Source: Mobula hypostoma (lineage: Eukaryota). Taken from it: 64,000 nucleotides of DNA. This document shows positions 51,496 to 62,385 of this stretch, in pieces (within the stretch, counting starts at the first letter, position 1; every line of letters begins with the position of its first letter). The notes beneath the pieces are model-generated. The model had not been told where the DNA came from. It saw only the letters and a list, made by a program, of their open reading frames with translations, and ran no database searches. The stretch lies in contig NC_086119.1 in the NCBI RefSeq assembly GCF_963921235.1, positions 8,308,001 through 8,372,000 of the forward strand, read 5' to 3'. The translations under genes and the position numbers were made by a program.

Positions 51496-54400
51496 CACAA
51501 TTACGCCAAATAGTTTAGAATATCACAATCAGAACTGGGTTTAATATCACTGGCATTTGTCATGAGATTTGTTGTTTTGCAGCAGCAGTATATTGCAATA
51601 CAGAATAAAAAACTATAACTTACAGTAGGAAATATATATATATGGAACAAAAAAAAGTGAAAAAAGTAGTGAGGTAGTGTATGTAGGTTGATTGACCATT
51701 CAGGAATCTGATGGCAGTGGGGAAGAAGCTGTTCCTGAAATGTTGAGTGTATGTCTTCAGGCTCCTGTAGCTCCTCCTGGATGATAGCATTTGCCTTGAG
51801 TTCTCAGTTTCCCATGTACAGAAATGTTCTTCCTGATAGTCAGTTTACAGCAGGATTGAATTCGAGACCAGAAACCTCAATTTGGATTTCAGTGATAGGC
51901 ACAGAAGTGGCTGGGTATCGCATTACCTTGCAACTGTGGGCACTGCTGCTGTGAATGCAGGCACAACAGTGTCAGTGCTGTGTCGGTCAGTGCATCTGTT
52001 AGTGCCGCTGTCGCACAGTTTCTGGCTCCAGGGTCTGATCGTGATTCTCAGGCACTATGTCATTGCATTTTCTCACTGCTTGCTCCTGTTTCCTCCCAGA
52101 TCATGCAGATGTGCCAGTGAGTAATTTATAGTGGCTGATTAGTCCTTTGGTACAGGACTCTTACAAAAGAATCAGGAATTGCACGAGTGGGAAGATAAAA
52201 TGTAGAACTATGGGGGAATGGGGTGACAAAAACTGGATTTGCACTGCTGGGAAGCCTGCACAAACTGGATGGGACAAATTACTCCGAAATTTGTAATAAT
52301 ATATTATATAATATATAAGCTATAGGAGCAGAATTAGGCCATTTGGCCCATCAAGTCTGCTCATCCATTCCAGCCCTCTCAATCTCATTCTCCTGCCTTC
52401 ACCCTGTAACCTTTGACACCCTGACTAATTATAGACCTATCAACCTCATCTTGAAATACACCCAATGAATTGGCCTGCTCAACTGTCTGTGGCAAAGAAT
52501 CCCACAGAGTCACCACCCTACGGCTAAAGAAATTTCTCCTCATCTCTATTCTAAATGGACATCCCTTAATTCGGAGGCTGTGCCCTCTGGTCCTAGACTC
52601 CCCCACTATAGGAAACATCCTCTCCACATCCACTCTATCTAGGCTTTTTGATATTCTATAGGCCTCAATGATGAATATGTGATTTATGAGTCCCGCCGAA
52701 GGGTCTCGGTCTGAACCTCTCGGCCTGAGGTACAGGTATAGCCAAGTACACTCATTTCTCAATTCCTAGGAATTTTAGGACTTTTCTGGTGGTGTTCGGT
52801 GTTATAGCTTTCTGGAGATTTACATAAATATTGTGTTCAAGAGCATTGGTGTTTCCATACCAGGCAGTGATGCAGCCAGAAAATATACTGTACCACACAT
52901 TTATAGAAGTTTGTCAAAGTTTTGAATGTTATGCCAAATCTTCGCAAACTCCTAAGGGGGTGTCTAAGTGAAGGTGGAACAGGTTCAGAAGTGTGCTGAC
53001 CTTTGCCTTTCCAGTGTACTGTAATTAAGTTGGATGTAGTCACTTGAACAGAGAAACAAAATTGATATTGGAAAGTAACACAAAATGCTGGAGGAACTCA
53101 ACAGATCAGGCAGCATCTATGGAGAGGAACAATCAGTCAACATTTCAGGCCAGGTCCCTTCATCAGGACTGGAAAAGAAGAGGGAGGAAGCCAGAATAAA
53201 GTGGAGGGAGGGGAGGAGTACAAGCTGACAGGTGAGGGGGAAGGTAGGTGGGTAGGGGAGAGAGGATGAATTCAGAAGCTGGGAGGTGATAGGTGGAAGA
53301 GGTAAAGGGCTGAAGAAGAAGGAATCTGATAGGGGAGGAGAATAGACCAATGGAGAAATGGAAGCAGGAGGGGCATCAGAAAGAAATAAAGGGATGAGAG
53401 GGGAACCGGAACGGGGAATGGAAAAAGTAGAGAGGAGGGAGTGGGAAGAAATTACTAGAAGTTTGAAAAACTAATGTTCATGCCGTCAGGTTGAAGGCCA
53501 TCTGTACAGAATACGAGGTGTTCTTCCTCCTATCTGCAAATGGACAATGGGGTGTAGGACTGAGGAAGAACAGCAGACAGGATTTTAAACCAAGGTCTCA
53601 CTTGTCTCTTAAACAAATGTAAAAAGTCTCATGACATGATTTTGGAGAATAGGACAGTTTTCTCCACTGACCTGGCCTACATTTAAACCTCTCCAACAGT
53701 ATTAAAGCAGATTATCTGGTCATTATCACATTACTACTGGGGTGGGGGGTGGAGGGGGAGCTTTCTACATGCAAATTAGCTGCTGGCTTTCCCGTACTGC
53801 GATTGTGTCAATATTTCTGAAGTATTGGAAAACTTTAAGGGTGTGCCGGATGGTTTGTGGAAGTACTTCCCTTAACACAATTACAGTATCACCCTGGTTC
53901 TACAAGCAAGCTGCTGGCATTTTGAGTGATTGACCTGACATCAATCAAGGCAGCAGGTTCAGTTGTGGCAAATCTGCAGCTGGCCACCATCGACCTTATA
54001 AATCTGACAAACATCTGGGGATCTGGTGTCCTCAGGAACAACCTGAACAATTATGCTCATAGGTCTGTATTCACTTCCATCTTTTCTCCTGGGCCCGTCT
54101 TGTCCCACCAGCAGGATACATTCACTGAGGGGGTGGGGGGGGGGAAGACCTGCTGGAAGAGAGGGGGCATGTTTACTTAGTGTTACGGAGTAACACCTCA
54201 GCTTTGATTTCAGACACACTTTAAATCTTGTAACATCAGATCAAACAGGTATAGCTACCTGCTGATTACTGCCCACTGTCCCCCTCTCAACCATTGAACC
54301 AGTGCCCCTGTTTAAACAAAGTTCAAAGTAAATTTATTATCAAAGTTCGTGAATGTCACCATAGTGATTAATTTCTTGCAGGCATGCACAGGAAATTAGA

Positions 54401-56204
54401 GAAATTAGATTAGATTATGAGGACACTCAGTCCTCGTTTATTGTCATTTAGAAATGCATGCATTAAAAAATGATACAATGTTCCTCCAGAAAGATATCAC
54501 AGAAACACAGGACAAACCAAGACTAAAACTGAAAAAAAACATAATTATAACATATAGTTACAACAGTGCAAAGCAATACCGTAATTTGATAAAGAGCAAA
54601 CTATGAGCATGGTAAAAAAAAGTCTCAAGTCCCGATAGCCCCATCATTTCACGCAGACGGTAGAAGGGAGGAACTCTCCCTGCCATGAACTCCAAGTGCC
54701 GCAAAATTGCCGATGCATTGGAAGCACCCGACCACAGCCGACTCTGAGCCCGTCCAAAAACTTCGAGCCTCCGACACCACCTCTGCCGAGCGCTTCGACC
54801 CCACCCCAGCAATAGAATTTATGAAAAACTATAGTATACATAAACAAAGACTGACAACCATACGCAAAAGGAGAGAAATTCTACAAATAAAAATAGCTAG
54901 ATAGCTAATACTGAGAACAGGAGTTGTGGCCTTGAAAGTGAATTCAAGTTTGAGTTTAATTGTCATTCAGTAATACATGAATACAGCTATACAGTCCATA
55001 GGTTTATCTTTATTGTATTTAGTGACACAGAGTAGAATGGACCCTTCCAGCCCTTCGAGCCATGCTGTCCCACTGCTGCACCTGACAACCCCACTTCAAC
55101 CCTCATCTAATCACGGTACAATTTACAATGCATCTGTCTTTGGACTGTGGGGGGAATCTAGAGCACCCAGGGGAAAGCCCATGCCTTCCACGGGGAGGAC
55201 GAACAGACTCCTTGGAGGTGACGCTGGAATTGAACCCCGAAATCCAATGCCCTGAGCTGTAATAGCATCGCGCTAACTACTCCGCTACCGTGGTTGTGGA
55301 ATACGCTCCGGGCTGAGGTGAGTGTAGTTATCCACGCTGGTTCAGGAGCCTGATGATTGAAGGGTAATGGCTGTTCCTGAATGTGGTAGTATGGGAACTA
55401 CCACTCTGTACCCCCTGCCCTGGATCCTCGATGATGGGTGTTGTTTTCTTCTGGCAGTGCTCCTTGTGAACAAGCACTGAAAGCAGCCTGGGCACAAGAG
55501 ACTGCAGACGCTGGGAACTAGACAAAAAGCTGGAGGAACTCAGCAGGTCAGGCAGAATACGTGGATGGAAATTAACAGTCATCAGAGCACAAGATTAAGA
55601 TTAGGTTTATTTACTGCATGTCAATTGAAACGTACAGTGATATGGGTCGATTGTATCACTGACCGACACAGTCTGGGGATGTGCTGGGGGCAGCCCGCAA
55701 GTGTTGCCATGCTTTCTGGCACTAACATAGCATGCCCACAGTTTACTAACCCTAACCTGTATGTCCTTGGAATTTCGGAGGAAACTGGAGCATCCAGAGA
55801 AAACCCATGTGGTCACGGGGAGAATGTACAAACTCCTTACAGACAGCAGCAGGAATTGAACCCTGATCTTCCAATTGCTGGCACTGTGAAACATTATGCT
55901 AACTGCTGTCCTACCAAATTGCCCCATGTACGTCCATCACCAGGAGTGGCTTATTGGCATCTCCACACTGACCAAGTCCTGAAGCATCTGATGAAGTGTG
56001 GCATCAAGGAGCACTTCTACAGTGCCAGTGACCCAAATTCAATTCCCTTCCCCCTCTCCTCTCTCCTCCTCTCCCCACCGCGCCCCCCCCCAAGTCTGCC
56101 ATGATGAGACCACCTTCAGGTTGGAGGATTAACACCATATAGATCACCTAGATAGCCTCCAACCTGATGGCATGAACATTGATTTCTCCAACCTATGGTA
56201 ATTT

Positions 56205-56790
56205 TGTCTTCCTCCCCTCCCCCTCCACTCCCCTCACTCCTCCCTCCCCTTCTCTTCCCTCCACCTACTCTTCCCTGTCCTCCCCTACCATACCCTTCCC
56301 CTCCACCTCCCCACCACTTCCTCTTCCCCTCCACCTCACCCTCACTCTTCCCACCCTTCATCCTTCCCACTACCCCTCCCCTCCCTCTAACCGCTGCTCT
56401 TCCCCTCTCCCCTCCCCTTCCCTCCCCTCACTCTTTCCACCCCTCCATCTTCCCTCCCCTCACTCTTCCCTCTCCCTTCTCTTCCTCTTCCCTCCTTTCT
56501 CTTCTTCTCTTTCCCTTCTCTCTTCCCCTTCCCACTCTTCTTTTCCTTTTCCCTTCCTCTTCTCTCTTCTCTTCCTTTTCCCTTCCCCTTCCCTCCCTTC
56601 TCTTCCTTTTCTCTTCCCCTTCCCTCCCTTCTATTCCTTTCCCCTTCCCCTTCTCTTCCTTTTCTCTTCCCCTTCCTTCCCCCTTCTCTTCCCTCCCCAT
56701 CTCTTCCCTTCCCCCTCATCCTTCCCTCACTCTTCCCTCTTATTTATTTCCCCATTATGGCTCCCCTCATATCTCTTCTCCTCACCTGCC
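56205..56790. repeat. Polypyrimidine/polypurine low-complexity tract
   Basis: ~580 bp strongly C/T-dominated on + (TTCCC/CTCTT units), inside a Penelope-like remnant. Confidence 0.9.
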
Positions 56791-57612
56791 CCTGGTGCCA
56801 CTCCACATTCCCTTTTTCCTATGATCCACTCTCCTCTCCTATCAGATTCCTTCTTAGAAACACAGAAAACCTACAGCACAATACAGGCCCTTTGGCCCAC
56901 AATGCTGTGCCGAACATGTGCTTACTTTTGAAATTACCTAGGGTTACCCATAGCCCTCTATTTTTCTAAGATAGTCATTGATATTTTCTAAGATTCTTCA
57001 TATGTCATTGTTACCAATATGTACCAAGGCTTTTTCTTTCTTTCTCCCTCTCTATCTCTCTCTCTTTCTCTGTCTCTATCTCTCTCTCTCTCTCTCCCCC
57101 TCCCTTCCTCCCTCCCTCCTCACCATCCATCTGGGTGTCCACAGAATCTCTAGTCTGGCCCTATGACTGTTGAGCCCACTATCACTATTGCTGCCCTCTT
57201 CCCCCCTTCATCTTTTGCAACATGGATCTATACTCAGTGCCAGCAACCTGGTCTCAATGGCGTTCCCTTGGGAGGTCATCCCCCAAAACTCTATCCAAAA
57301 CTGTATACTTATTTTTGAGGGAAATGGCCACAGGGTGCTCTGCACTAACTTTCTATTCACATTTGCATTTCTCCCGACAGTCACCCAGCTACCCGCCTCC
57401 TGCAACTTTGGGGTAACTACTTCCCTGTAACTTTGATTGATTATCTCCCTCAGCCCTTCACCTTTTCTACCTATCACCTCCCAGATTCTTTCTTCATCCC
57501 CCTCCCCCACCTTCCACATATCAATTTCTAGCTTGTATTCCATCCTCTCTCCCACTTCTGTATTCTGGCATCTTTCCTCTTCCTTCCAGTCCCAATGAAG
57601 GGTCTCAGCCTG

Positions 57613-57862
57613 AAATGTCAACTGTTTATTCATTTCCATAGGTGCTGCCTGACCTGCTGAGTTCCTCCAGCGTTTTGTATGTGTTGTTCTGCATTTCCAG
57701 CATCTGCAAATGTGAACTGTTTATTCATTTCCATTGGTGCTGCCTGACCTCCTGCGTTCCTCCAGCGTTTTGTATGTGTAGTTCTGCATTTCCAGCATCT
57801 GCAAATGTGAACTGTTTATTCATTTCCATTGGTGCTACCTGACCTGCTGAGTTCCTCCAGCA
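57613..57862 (+). repeat. Tandem repeat, 95-bp unit x ~2.6, derived from the Penelope terminal repeat
   Basis: AAATGT(C/G)AACTGTTTATTCATTTCCAT recurs at 57613, 57708 and 57803. Confidence 0.9.
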
Positions 57863-58394
57863 TGTTCCAGCATCTGCAGACTCTCTTATGTTTGCAGGAT
57901 GTTGTCCATTTAGAACAGGGATGAAGAGGAATTTCTTTAACCAGAGGGTGGTGAATCTGTGGAATTCATTGCCACAGACTGCTGTGGAGGCCAATTCACT
58001 GAGGATATTTAAAGCGGAGGTTGATAGGTTCTTGATTAGTAAGGGCGACAAAGGTTACAGGGAGAAAGCAGGAGAATGGGTTTGAGAAGGATAATAAATC
58101 AGCCACGATGGAATGGTGGAGCAGATTCGATGGGCTAAATGGCCTAATTTTCCTCCTATATCTTCTGACCTTAGAGTATCCAGGACCCATCTGCAATTTC
58201 AAAGGATGTCCACTCTGTTTCTCTCTCCGTTGATGCTGCCTGACTTGCTGAACGTTTACAACATTTTAATTTGTTTTAATATATATTATGTACCGATTTT
58301 GTCAAGGAAAAAATATCCAAATGAAGCCAAGCAACACACACAAAATGCTGGAGGAACTCAAGCTGAAGCTGAAGGAAGCCAAGGTGGGAGCTAC

Positions 58395-58599
58395 CCATGG
58401 CACCTGGAGGCGCGCCCACGTCTGCTGGGAGACGGGGGGGGGGGGGGGGGTGCGCGCGCGTACAGCTGCCGGGGACGCGCACGCCCGAGCATTGTCTGCT
58501 TGTGGGGAGGGCGGGGGCGCGCACCTTCTTGTCACTGGAAGCAGACGAACGCTGAGCGCAGATCGCGTGCGGGCTGCCGGGCTCCGGGAATGCGAAGCG
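58395..58599 (+). promoter_or_regulatory. PPM1E: PPM1E CpG-island promoter and 5' UTR with G17 run and GC box
   Basis: CpG-dense; G-run at 58434-58450 followed by TGCGCGCGCG; GGGCGG near 58509. Confidence 0.65.
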
Positions 58600-58781
58600 A
58601 TGGCATCGTCGGCAAGCGAGGAGAAAGCCTTTAGGAGGTTCCTGGAGCTCCTGCTGCGGGAATTCCGAGGGCCCTTCGGCGAGGACGACCCGTTGCCACT
58701 CCGGCCTGTCTCGAACCACATCACAGAGGAGGAGGTCGAAGGAGAGTGCCTAGATCTGTGTCTCCAGCATCTCTGCAGATA
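58600..58781 (+). CDS. PPM1E: PPM1E (CaMKP-N/POPX1) exon 1
   Basis: MASSASEEKAFRRFLELLLREFRGPFGEDDPLPLRPVSNHITEEEVEGECLDLCLQHLCR(Y) matches recalled human EEKTYRRFLELFLGEFRGP...[27 protein letters not shown]. Strong Kozak GCGATGG; phase-2 donor TA|gttaag; syntenic downstream of RAD51C. Confidence 0.92.
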
Positions 58782-61700
58782 GTTAAGTACCGATGTTAGA
58801 CTTCAAATGTATAACAATAGTCAGCGTTGCATTGAGCGGGAGGCTTTGGAAACAATTGCAGTGTAAGCAAAAAAGTGAGATCGGGGAGCCCCTTTTGGAT
58901 GGTTTGAAGTGTTCGCCAGCCGGCGTGAACTGAAGGTCAAAACGTCAAACAAAATGCAGCCTTTGCAGAACTGTGGTCACCTCGGGGAGGGCCGAGAGCA
59001 AATTAAATTCGTCTTGGGGGCAAACTGGTGATTGCATTAGAATGTGATGCTTGCTTTAAATATAATGCAATTGGAAATGATTGATAAAAGGGAGAGTATT
59101 TGTTAGATTGACGGGGATTTAAACGCGCTGATCGTGGTTGTGAAGAAAACTGTCTTTGCATTGTGGATTTCGTGTGGGTAAAAACGGGAATATGATATTG
59201 AAAGCCCCGGCGTGGTATCCTGTACAAGGGACCGGGATTATTAGGGTCTATATCGCGGGGGAGAGTGACATAAATGATAGCAGTTTGTAACTCCCCCTGC
59301 ACTCAGGAGTAATTGAAAACCAAAAAAGGCACATTGCAGTCTGTGCCTTGATCGGAGTTTATCCTAAACCACTAATTCGGAAAGGATAAGCGTGACCCGG
59401 GGGAACCGGTTAATCTCCTGTTAGTTTTAAGACTCACAGCGCCCGACGTTGGCAGGGATTCCTACCATTTAACGCAAATTTATTGAGTCGGCTGCAAACG
59501 CAATCGTCAATGCACTCTGGTTTGAACAATATGTAAACCAATGTACAGTGGGCAAAATCCACCGGGTCAGAGCCACTTAGTTTTCTGCCTAGTCAGAAAG
59601 GACTTCCCCATTCGGCGAAGTGTGAGTCTACGGTCGGTCGGACCGACCTCGTTGGCGAGAGGCTTTGAGCCAGTTGTGTTCCCTAGAGTTGATTAAAAAG
59701 AGTAAAAGTTACAGTTAACAGTGAAGTTGTAGCGGTGTATTTTTAAGGCGAGTGTTTCGTCTGAGTATTGTATCCATGTCTGACCGATTATTGTGTGACC
59801 CTGGTTTATTTAAAGACTCCCCCCCCCCAAATAAGATGTGGAATGTAGGGGATGTAGCCTAATTTTCAATTTTGTGGCGATTGTGCTCGTTTTTAATTGT
59901 TGTATTCCGAGCTGTCCTAAATCAGAACACAGACGGCTCGAAGACTCCCTCCCACGAGGGCTGTCTGATCGAAGCTTCGCACTTCACTCTTCACTGACTG
60001 GGGAAATCTTCTCTGACGAGGCAGGAAATAAAAAAATTGGCTTTAACCCGGCTGGTTTTGCCCGTGGTGTCTTGCTGGAGAATCCCTGTACAATTGTTCA
60101 AAGCAGGCTGTACAGGTGACTGGGTTCCTGAGTCTTGGCGCCCTCAATCTGTGCAGGAGATTGGTTCCCTGTCCTCTCCCAGTTCCTACTGTTGTCTCAC
60201 AGTGAAGACACGATACTGTACTGTATCCCCACTTGAGGGTGTACATTCTGCCTTCAGAAGCTGACAGGCGCGTCCCCGGCTTGACGCGCGCCCGCTGCCT
60301 CCAACTATTTATCTCTTCTTGTGGTGACCATTGGTTTCATTTTTTTTATTGCCAATTGTATTTAAAATAAACTGAACAATATTTGATCGGTTAAGTACAG
60401 GGACAGTAGTATTTTATTTATGAGAACAAAGGCCTTTTCAGTTTTCTCGTTGTAACTGTTTTTTGTTCCGGTCGTATGATAACGGTTCCCTCCCGTACAC
60501 GCACACGCGCGCGCTCGCGATGAATGTGTTACCTGTGTTTGTTTAAAATCACCACACATTTTTCCTGCTCTGAATTGTTAGCATGAGGGTTTCTTTACGA
60601 TGTGTTAAAGGATTAAAGACTTTCATTTGTACATCGTTGGAAGGGAGTCAGGATATTTGAAAGAGGAACTGGTTGAAGAGCTAGCTCTGGAATTTGAGAC
60701 AATTTGATCCCGACCATTGTTAACCACGAGTTCCTCTGATGCCTTTCTACCCATTCTGACTATGCCTCTTAAACCTGTTCTACAAGCAGGGGATACTGTG
60801 CTTTGGGTACAGAAGTTGTTATTTCTATGTATCAACGAGGCCATTACACAACTCTTGAAAGTTTCAGGCTCAGCTTTAGTATAGGTAAAAGTCGAGTGTT
60901 CCTACCTCATAGTTTCAGTAACCAAGGCATTCCGTTGAATGTATCCATGGAGAATCTAGGCTCAGAACGCTCCACCTTCTACTTGTAGTGTGTAAGGGCA
61001 ATGAAACCCTGCTATTCTCCAAGTTTCCCAGCGTGTGCCAACTCTATGGACATTTTATTACATCAGCACAGTACAGGAACGTAACTTGGTCACAATGTCA
61101 ATTGGGAAGGATTGAACATCGACTTTTCTAAATTATGGTGATGTATCCCCCTCCCCCTCACCTGCCCATCAACTCCTTGTGGTGCCTCTCCTCCATCCCT
61201 TTCTCCCATGTTCTACCCTCCTCTCCTATCAGATTTCTTCTACAACCCTTTACCTCTTCCACCGACCCCCTCTCCGCTTCTCACTTCATAACATCCTCCC
61301 CCACCCACCCACCTTCTCCCTCACCTGGTGTCACTGATCACAAGCCAGCATGTACTCCTTGCCCCTCAACTGGTGTCACCAATCACCTGCCAGCTTGTAC
61401 TCCTTCCCTTCCCCCCCCCATCTTATTCTGGTTTCCTCCCTCTTCCTTCCCAGTCCCGAAGAAAGCTTTTGGCCCAAACTATTTATTCCTCCCCATAGAT
61501 ACTGCCTGACCAGCTGAACTCCTCCAGCATTTTGTATTTGTTCCATTGGGAAGGAAGCTCAGTTTAGCTAGTATTGTGGTTTTGGTACTGCTCAGTTATA
61601 AAACAGCATCATTACAATGCCATAGAAAAAAAGGCCATTGGCCCCTTGATTTCATTTCCACTCTTTATAAAACTCATTCTCATTTCTCAAATTTTTACTG

Positions 61701-62029
61701 TAACTTTGCAAATTATTTCCCCTTGAGTGTCTATTCAATTCTGTTTTGAAGATCTGCGTTAAATTTGTGCCTTTCATCCTTACATGAGTAAATTCCAGAT
61801 CACAATTGTTTTCAGCATTAAAGAAGTTTTTTCTTGCATTTGTCGCATGTCTTTCCATGTGCCCTGGTCCATAAACCATCCACTAATAGAGGAACGGTTT
61901 TCCTCTCTTCACCCTGTCTGAACTATACCGATCTTGTACATTTCTGTCATATCTCCTCCCAATATTCTTTGCTCCAAAGGAAACAACCCACCTGTTTCTG
62001 TTCAAACTTGTGGGCCAAAGTTCTTGGCA

Positions 62030-62385
62030 CCGTGCCTGAGAAGGATCCTCAACATCAGATAGACTGATATAGTAACAAACCAGACACTGTGGGAAAACAC
62101 CAACCAGGAGTCCATACGCAAACAGAAATGGAGGTGGATTGGCCCCACCTTGAGGAAGCCAACCAACAACATCATCGGGCAGACATTAAAATGGAATCCC
62201 CAAGGAAAGAGGGAAAAGGAACATCCAAGGCACATATGAATAAGAGACATTGAGGCAGAAATTAGACGATGGGGACTCTTGTGGTCCACCCTGGGGAAAC
62301 TGGCTTAGAATAGAGAGTGATTGGAGATGGGAGGTCATCGATAGACTACCCTCCACTGTGAGCTAAGGATCCAAGAAGAAGAAGA
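62030..62385 (+). mobile_element. RTE-clade LINE 3' end
   Basis: CLRRILNIR.TD.VTN..LWE...KWRWIG.TLRKP.NNI..Q.LKWNPQGKR, with (AAG)n tail. Confidence 0.8.

Noticed and set aside
56179-56931. Long Pro/Ser/Leu/Phe-rich ORFs (250 and 209 aa) and Gly/Arg/Glu-rich antisense ORFs
   Set aside because: Artefacts of a C/T-dominated tract that rarely forms stop codons.
57613-57862. Repeat array as a possible CRISPR
   Set aside because: Eukaryotic context, and whole units are duplicated with no unique spacers.
58288-58599. N-terminal extension of PPM1E in the 164-aa ORF
   Set aside because: It begins in a Penelope repeat and crosses the G-run promoter; homology starts at ATG 58600.
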